Positions 59,001-64,000 of a stretch of 64,000 bases of DNA are shown one piece after another. Origin of the DNA: a virus. The stretch spans positions 1 through 64,000 of IMG/VR virus record IMGVR_UViG_3300016469_000277. The stretch is one strand, 5' to 3'. The position numbers and the translations under genes are program-made. A model generated the notes under the pieces. That model was not told the origin of the DNA. It was given only the letters and a program-made list of their open reading frames with translations, and made no database searches. Position 1 is the stretch's first letter. Each line of letters opens with the position of its first letter.

Positions 59001-59575
59001 TTTGTTAAATGTTTGTACTTAGCTTGAATGTTAAGTTGAAAGCTCTTTTCTTCTTGAACAAATTCATCAAGTGTAAAGTACTTTTGATGAATTGGTTCAT
59101 TTCGACGAATCCAGCTTCTTTTTGTCCAAGAAAGACTTGTAATCTTATATAAACGAATTGTTTCTGAACTAGTCTCAATAGATACTGGAGCTGTGTTAAA
59201 AAGTACATAAAGTTGCCCATTGTTGCTTGAGTTATCTCCTTCAAAAAATAAAGATATTTCCGTATTGTTTGGGTTTTTTAAATAATACTCATCTTCAAAC
59301 ATTTTAGTAACACAATTTGTCCCGTATGTAAGATTCACTGGGTCAAATTCTTTGTTAAATTCGTCAATCTGTTTGTGGAATTTTTCTTTTAATTCTCTAG
59401 CCATAGCTTTATTAAAACTATAAATAGACTTTCTGAATGCTTCTATACTATCTATGTTTTGTTTAAGAGTAGCCATTGAAAATCTACCTGGAGTTTCAGC
59501 AGGAGGATTTAAACGAGTAAATTCTTTTTGTAAATCTAAGATTAGGTTATTTTGAAATTCTGTTAAGTTTGTCAT
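58997..59575 (-). CDS. Hypothetical protein
   Basis: Coupled ORF. Confidence 0.6.
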   Translation of the reverse strand: MTNLTEFQNNLILDLQKEFTRLNPPAETPGRFSMATLKQNIDSIEAFRKSIYSFNKAMARELKEKFHKQIDEFNKEFDPVNLTYGTNCVTKMFEDEYYLKNPNNTEISLFFEGDNSSNNGQLYVLFNTAPVSIETSSETIRLYKITSLSWTKRSWIRRNEPIHQKYFTLDEFVQEEKSFQLNIQAKYKHLTK

Positions 59576-59576
59576 T

Positions 59577-59810
59577 TTAAATAGATGATTTATTTGCGTT
59601 CATTTTTTGTTTAAAATAATTAAATACTTCAGGAATATGTTTTTTATAGTAAGGTTGATTATCTTTACACCAAGTTTTTAACTCTGAGTCTGTCTTAAAA
59701 GGCTTTATATGTGATCTATTTGACATAATCATGTTAAATATTGGTTCTAAGTCTTCAATAAAATCTTGAACAGTCCAGCCTTCCCAGATATGTTTGTCTA
59801 AGTTTGTCAT
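59577..59810 (-). CDS. Hypothetical protein flanked by 14-bp repeats
   Basis: ORF; TAAGTTTGTCATTT at 59564 and 59799. Confidence 0.6.
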   Translation of the reverse strand: MTNLDKHIWEGWTVQDFIEDLEPIFNMIMSNRSHIKPFKTDSELKTWCKDNQPYYKKHIPEVFNYFKQKMNANKSSI

Positions 59811-60037
59811 TTGTATTTTCTAATTAAGTTAAAAGTTTCTTTGAGATTTGTCATTTCTAATTCTCCGTTAAAAAAAGCAATAGTAAATCCATGGTTAGCT
59901 GTCCAATCTTCTTTCTTTACTCTTTTGCCGTTCACATGAGTTAAATAAATCCAAGGAAAGTTTCCCATTAAGTCTAAACGGATTCCTATTTTTTGTAATC
60001 TTTCGACTAATTTGTTTAAAGTATTTAAAGGTGACAT
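59807..60037 (-). CDS. Hypothetical phage protein
   Basis: GNFPWIYL..VNG motif; coupled ORF. Confidence 0.6.
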   Translation of the reverse strand: MSPLNTLNKLVERLQKIGIRLDLMGNFPWIYLTHVNGKRVKKEDWTANHGFTIAFFNGELEMTNLKETFNLIRKYK

Positions 60038-60483
60038 TAGTATTCTCTTTTAGGGGTAAATTTTTCTACATTTGTAATGTATTCATCAACAATAGAAGTA
60101 CGAGTTCCTGTATAGTATCTCTCGCCTATTTTAAAAGCTCTGTGTATCTCAGTTTTTCCTTCATAATTAACCTCTACCATATATTGATTGTCTGGATTAA
60201 ACCTAGAGTGAAATACTAAGGTATCGGCTTCTTTTTCTAAACTATTTGGATACAATGGATTTTTGTTTAACCACTCAAACAAATGAATTCTCTGTCCTTC
60301 TGTCATTTGATGCCAATACTTATCTGTTAGGTTGTGCCAAAACATAGTTCTTGCTATAGGTCGAGGAGGAATACAGGCTTCAGCTAAAAAAGCCAATTCA
60401 AAGAAATCTATTACAAATCTTGTTTCTTGTTTTGGATCAGAAGTTACTTGTTCTTGTTTTAGCTTTTTCATCTTTTGCAGCAT
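60037..60483 (-). CDS. Hypothetical phage protein
   Basis: Coupled ORF; CIPPRPIAR. Confidence 0.6.
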   Translation of the reverse strand: MLQKMKKLKQEQVTSDPKQETRFVIDFFELAFLAEACIPPRPIARTMFWHNLTDKYWHQMTEGQRIHLFEWLNKNPLYPNSLEKEADTLVFHSRFNPDNQYMVEVNYEGKTEIHRAFKIGERYYTGTRTSIVDEYITNVEKFTPKREY

Positions 60484-60613
60484 TCTTTAAATCGTTATAA
60501 AGTTGTTCTATTCTCTTGTACATTATTCTTAAATAAAAAAATCTAAGCTCTTTGTTTTGTTTGTAAGTTTTTCTTTTGCGGAACTTAGACTTTCTTTTTC
60601 TTTGAATTTTCAT
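60437..60613 (-). CDS. Small basic hypothetical protein
   Basis: ATGA overlap gives start MKIQRK at 60613. Confidence 0.4.
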   Translation of the reverse strand: MKIQRKRKSKFRKRKTYKQNKELRFFYLRIMYKRIEQLYNDLKNAAKDEKAKTRTSNF

Positions 60614-60825
60614 ATCTTTTCCAACTGCTTTTTTACTTCTTGCCAATATTTAAATTCCAAAGTATAATATGTATAATGTATTGCATATAAATCTAATATC
60701 TCATCCACTGCTATCAAAGCACATTGTTTGGCTGTTTTATGTTCTAATTGTCCTTCGTCAGTAAACGATGGTATTGAATAAAAAAATGCTTCGTATAACT
60801 CATCAGCTTTTTCTTTTGGTGTCAT
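60610..60825 (-). CDS. Small protein, family B (PKEKA.EL/AKQCALIAVD/EVK)
   Basis: Paralogous motifs. Confidence 0.7.
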   Translation of the reverse strand: MTPKEKADELYEAFFYSIPSFTDEGQLEHKTAKQCALIAVDEILDLYAIHYTYYTLEFKYWQEVKKQLEKI

Positions 60826-61025
60826 AACTTTTCTAATTCAATTTTAACTTCTAAATAATGATTATAAATATCGTCATGAGCAAAGAATGCTACTTTTAAA
60901 ATCTTGTCTACTGCGATTAAAGCACATTGTTTAGCAAAATATAAAGTTATTAGACTAGATGCGTCTGAATGTACTTTATACATTTCTTTTACTAGCTCCA
61001 CTGCTTCTTCTTTTGGGCTAATCAT
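60822..61025 (-). CDS. Small protein, family B
   Basis: Start MISPKEEA at 61025 (ATGA overlap). Confidence 0.7.
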   Translation of the reverse strand: MISPKEEAVELVKEMYKVHSDASSLITLYFAKQCALIAVDKILKVAFFAHDDIYNHYLEVKIELEKL

Positions 61026-61276
61026 TCTTCTTGGTTCTTTTGTATTTTGCTTTTTAGTTCTTCTGCGTAAAACTGTTCTACTAAAGTACAATAATTATCG
61101 TAGTCAAATTTAATTACATCTGAATCTATAAGTACCCCAAAATCAATTGCTTTTTCTACCAATTGGTGTTCTTTGGTTTTGGCCTGGTGAATTACTTCTT
61201 TAGGAATGGAGACTTTAATAAATCCCCATCCTTGTCCTTGTATTTCGTTTAAAAGCCAATCTACTGCTGATTCCAT
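61022..61276 (-). CDS. Small protein, family A (divergent)
   Basis: SAVDWL, QAK..E, EQFY.E. Confidence 0.65.
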   Translation of the reverse strand: MESAVDWLLNEIQGQGWGFIKVSIPKEVIHQAKTKEHQLVEKAIDFGVLIDSDVIKFDYDNYCTLVEQFYAEELKSKIQKNQEE

Positions 61277-61488
61277 TACATTCTTTTTATTAGTCCTTCG
61301 TCTATGTCAAAGTCTGAACCTAGTTTTTCGTTAACGCGATTAGCTGAAAATCCAGCAGCCAGCATAAGAGATTTAAACATCTCTACTATTTCTGTAGAAG
61401 TTAAATCTGAGTTAGGTTTTTCTATTGTGATTTTTTCTCCGTAATGTTCTAGAGTAAGTCTGAACGGAAATTCTAAATTATTCTTCAT
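61276..61488 (-). CDS. Hypothetical protein
   Basis: Coupled ORF. Confidence 0.55.
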   Translation of the reverse strand: MKNNLEFPFRLTLEHYGEKITIEKPNSDLTSTEIVEMFKSLMLAAGFSANRVNEKLGSDFDIDEGLIKRM

Positions 61489-61696
61489 ATTTGTCTATTT
61501 CGATTAATACTTGTTCCCAAAAGTCTCTACCTCTATCTGCTGTTGTAAAGTCTAAGACTTCATGAGCTAGTTTACGAGCAAAAGCTTGAGCAGTTGGAAG
61601 ATAAATTAAACTATAGTCTGATAGTTTAACTCTTGGGTGATTTAAAAAGAACTCTATTAGTTCTTTAGCTTTCTTTCTTGGGTTCAGTTGTTCCAT
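61478..61696 (-). CDS. Small protein, family B (divergent)
   Basis: PRKKAKEL, A..FA....EVL, FWEQV..EI. Confidence 0.6.
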   Translation of the reverse strand: MEQLNPRKKAKELIEFFLNHPRVKLSDYSLIYLPTAQAFARKLAHEVLDFTTADRGRDFWEQVLIEIDKYEE

Positions 61697-61877
61697 TTAC
61701 AATTTCATTTAATTGGTTAAGGATAGCTTGCTGTGTTTGCCCCCAATACATATCACACTTAGTTCCTTTTCTTGGAGATTCAACAAAATAAGATTGTAAA
61801 ATATCAGCAGGAGCTGTGAACCTGTAACAAGCTTCTTTCATAGGGCATTCTTGGTCTTTACATTTAGTTATGTCCAT
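61665..61877 (-). CDS. Small Cys-rich phage protein
   Basis: DITKC....CP.K..CYRF...QSYF...C..YW. Confidence 0.65.
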   Translation of the reverse strand: MDITKCKDQECPMKEACYRFTAPADILQSYFVESPRKGTKCDMYWGQTQQAILNQLNEIVNGTTEPKKES

Positions 61878-61885
61878 TTTAGTTT

Positions 61886-61917
61886 AAATTAAGTAAGGGA
61901 GCCGAAGCCCCCTTACT
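61886..61917 (-). terminator. Hairpin terminator with UUCG tetraloop
   Basis: - strand AGTAAGGGGGC-TTCG-GCTCCCTTACT then TAATTT. Confidence 0.7.
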
Positions 61918-61936
61918 AGTTACAAATTTACAAAAT

Positions 61937-62652
61937 TCAGTCAAATAATCTTTCAATATTATTTTCGGCTTCAAAATAAGATTCTGGTACAAAAAAGTAA
62001 GAACCACAGTGATCGCAAGATAATATATCTGTGCAATCGTCGTGTTTTACTATTGAGTCACTAAAACAACAAGGACAATAACCTAGTTCTAACTCTGCAA
62101 TAACTTCATCATCTGTTATTTCTTCGTATTCTAGAACATGACGATACTTGTAAGTTGGAATTTTAAGTTTAGGCTTTTTTTGTTCAAAAGAAGAATTCCA
62201 ATCGTCTACTTCGTAGTCCTCACTCCATCTTTCTCCATAATTAACTGTAGTAGGCTTAAGTGGATAATCAGAAGTAGCTTTGTGTTCCCACTTAGTCTTT
62301 CCTAGAGTAGTTAAACACTCGTAACCAAAATTAATAGAATTTTCCAAAGCTTGTATAGAGGTAATTTCTTGTTCGGAATGCTCGTCAAAATAACCGGCTG
62401 ATATGTTGCACCCAATGCAATTTACCCCAGGCAACTTAACAATCTCTCCAACATCAGTATAAACTCCATTGCTTTCAAAAAACTCATATTTTTCCATAAT
62501 AGGTTTAGCTGCGTCAACAAACTCCTTACTGCAAGTTTTTACACCATTAGTATGAGTTATTAACTCCAATCCTTTATATGCATTCCTATCCATTTGAAAT
62601 ATCATGGAACAGTCATGAAAAAAGGCTACATCAGCTTGTTTACTTCCCACAC
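61937..62652 (-). CDS. M28/M42-like Zn peptidase, exon 2 (C-terminal Zn ribbon)
   Basis: VGS, QMDR, G..TDV, NISAGYF..H...E; joins exon 1 to give EEIGCVGS. Confidence 0.85.
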
Positions 62653-63741
62653 CTTATTGTTACCATGTAAGCTCTTTATCTTACATTTCTGCACTTTCTT
62701 TTGTTATATGTGCAGTTCAGACTATATCATCACCATATAGGTGTTCCGCGCTCGTGGTGTTTTACCGTCCTTAACTTAATAGTAGGACTCCATACACTAG
62801 TCGTTGAACCTTCAATGCGTTTCTGCAAAGCTTGGCTGCTGATTGTCCTCTTCAGGATTTTCCAGCAATTCACGGAATTTTAATTGGTCATGTGGGTATT
62901 TTCTATCTAAATAACAAGTTGCGTCTTTATAAATATAATTTAAAAATAAATTTTTTTCTTCAGTAAATTGCCAAACAAAAACATTTCTTTTAGTGTATCG
63001 AATGTTTCCAAAAGGTTTTTTAAATTTATTTTTAAAATAATTTTTAAAGTCTTCTAAAATTGAAGAAGTTTTACTAGTAAAAAGAATATTATTTCCAGAA
63101 AAACATCCATCTCCGTCAAAATAACCTCTTATAAAATGTCTAATCAAGTTTTCTAGAATATTAGGAATTTTTAAATCCATATAGGTTTTTCTATTTCCTA
63201 ATCCAAGTTTTATCAAATGATCTACAAATTTTGTAGAACTAATTGATAAAGCATATTGATTTTTTCTCTTATACTTTTGATTATTCATAGGAGAGATAAA
63301 CTCTTTTCCTTCTCTAAAATGTAAAGGTCCTTTATGACCTAACTCTTTTTTAAAAAATTCAAGAATGTGTTTATCTTTTTCTGCTAAATTAATAGTAAAT
63401 GATTTTTCAATCCAAAAATCACTTCTTTTTCTAATGTAAATTCCTCCATCGGCAAACACAAATCCTAAAAAATATGCTTTAGCTTCTGTATCAATATTTT
63501 CAAAATAATCTTCATTATACTGATACTTTTTACTAAATTTTTTTAAAGGATATTCAAAATCATAGTGTTTAAAAAACTTTTTTAAGTATTTTGAACACTT
63601 ATTAAAATGTTTACCAGTTTTAGTTATTGACCCGTTACTTAAATAGTAGGTATAGTATTGTTGTACGTTTTCTAAAGATTCCATATTACAAATATAATAC
63701 AAAATTTAAAAAACCCAACACTCCTATACACATTTATTTTT
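62653..63741 (-). mobile_element. Group I self-splicing intron (IA-like), 1089 nt
   Basis: P AAUUGCUGGAAA (62870-59), Q AAUCAGCAG (62844-36), R GUUCAACGACUA (62809-798), S GAUAUAGUC (62728-20); P3 UUCCGUG/CGCGGAA; IGS at 62896-82 pairs with both exons; terminal G at 62653. Confidence 0.93.
62812..63684 (-). CDS. Intron-encoded double-motif LAGLIDADG homing endonuclease
   Basis: YFLGFVFADGG and FIRGYFDGDG; ATG at 63684 follows a TTG-N19-TATATTTG promoter (63718-63689). Confidence 0.9.
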   Translation of the reverse strand: MESLENVQQYYTYYLSNGSITKTGKHFNKCSKYLKKFFKHYDFEYPLKKFSKKYQYNEDYFENIDTEAKAYFLGFVFADGGIYIRKRSDFWIEKSFTINLAEKDKHILEFFKKELGHKGPLHFREGKEFISPMNNQKYKRKNQYALSISSTKFVDHLIKLGLGNRKTYMDLKIPNILENLIRHFIRGYFDGDGCFSGNNILFTSKTSSILEDFKNYFKNKFKKPFGNIRYTKRNVFVWQFTEEKNLFLNYIYKDATCYLDRKYPHDQLKFRELLENPEEDNQQPSFAETH

Positions 63742-64000
63742 AACCAATTTCTTCGTCTTTAAAAAATGCAATCTTAATCTCGTCGATAAGATCAAACATC
63801 ATCAAAGCAAAAAGACAACCATTCTTGTCATCAAAGCCTACACCGCATTGCAAACCTGTTTCGTTGTCTATACCGTAAACAAATTTGTCTGTTCTTTCTA
63901 TGCGGAGTTCTTTTTTGAAATCTTGGTTAATGTCGGTATGCGCTATAACACAAGGATACAAATCAGTATCTCCTTTGACTGCATAGAGATTTCCAAATTT
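63742..64000 (-). CDS. M28/M42-like Zn peptidase, exon 1 (continues beyond window end)
   Basis: Frame open to 64000: GNLYAVKG, AHTD, G.DDK.G, EEIG. Confidence 0.85.

Noticed and set aside
62701-62883. 60-aa + strand ORF
   Set aside because: It is the reverse complement of the intron catalytic core
1-64000. Stop-codon reassignment, known in some crAss-like phages
   Set aside because: Very long ORFs are intact in the standard code, and TAG and TGA end genes at sensible, often coupled, boundaries
1-64000. CRISPR array, tRNA or rRNA genes
   Set aside because: No regularly spaced repeat-spacer series or cloverleaf/T-loop signature seen; intergenic gaps are short. A tRNAscan/Infernal run would be definitive

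Overview
AT-rich fragment of a crAss-like (Crassvirales-type) phage genome, probably infecting Bacteroidota/Flavobacteria given the TTG-N19/20-TAnnTTTG promoters. The + strand half (1-39.5 kb) is mostly virion and lysis genes: basic and [YF]xxGG-motif cargo proteins, a 4887-aa virion RNA polymerase (RIP and DFDID motifs, zincin domain, inserted domains), two more giant putative ejection proteins, spanin-like pair, metallophosphoesterase, GroES, two holins, endolysin and tail/fibre proteins. It converges at a bidirectional terminator (~39.5 kb) with a - strand replication/recombination/repair half: PD-(D/E)xK exonuclease, NinB- and NinG-like proteins, PolA, UNG, DnaA-C-domain protein, primase, SSB-like, Sak4-like ATPase, DnaB-like and SF2 helicases, spore-photoproduct-lyase-like radical SAM, and many small paralogous ORFs. 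There are three free-standing HNH endonucleases and a group I intron (62653-63741) with a LAGLIDADG ORF in its P1 loop, splitting a peptidase gene. Most notable: (i) in-frame direct-repeat-bounded domain cassettes (NADAR-like, zincin and others) inside the ejected proteins; (ii) near Cys-free giant proteins with lone cysteines at facing termini; (iii) a fully resolvable intron with unusual architecture; (iv) small-protein families with conserved blocks and hypervariable spacers; (v) two promoter classes, apparently leaderless genes and a candidate ~60-nt sRNA. All family calls come from motif recognition by eye; no searches were run.
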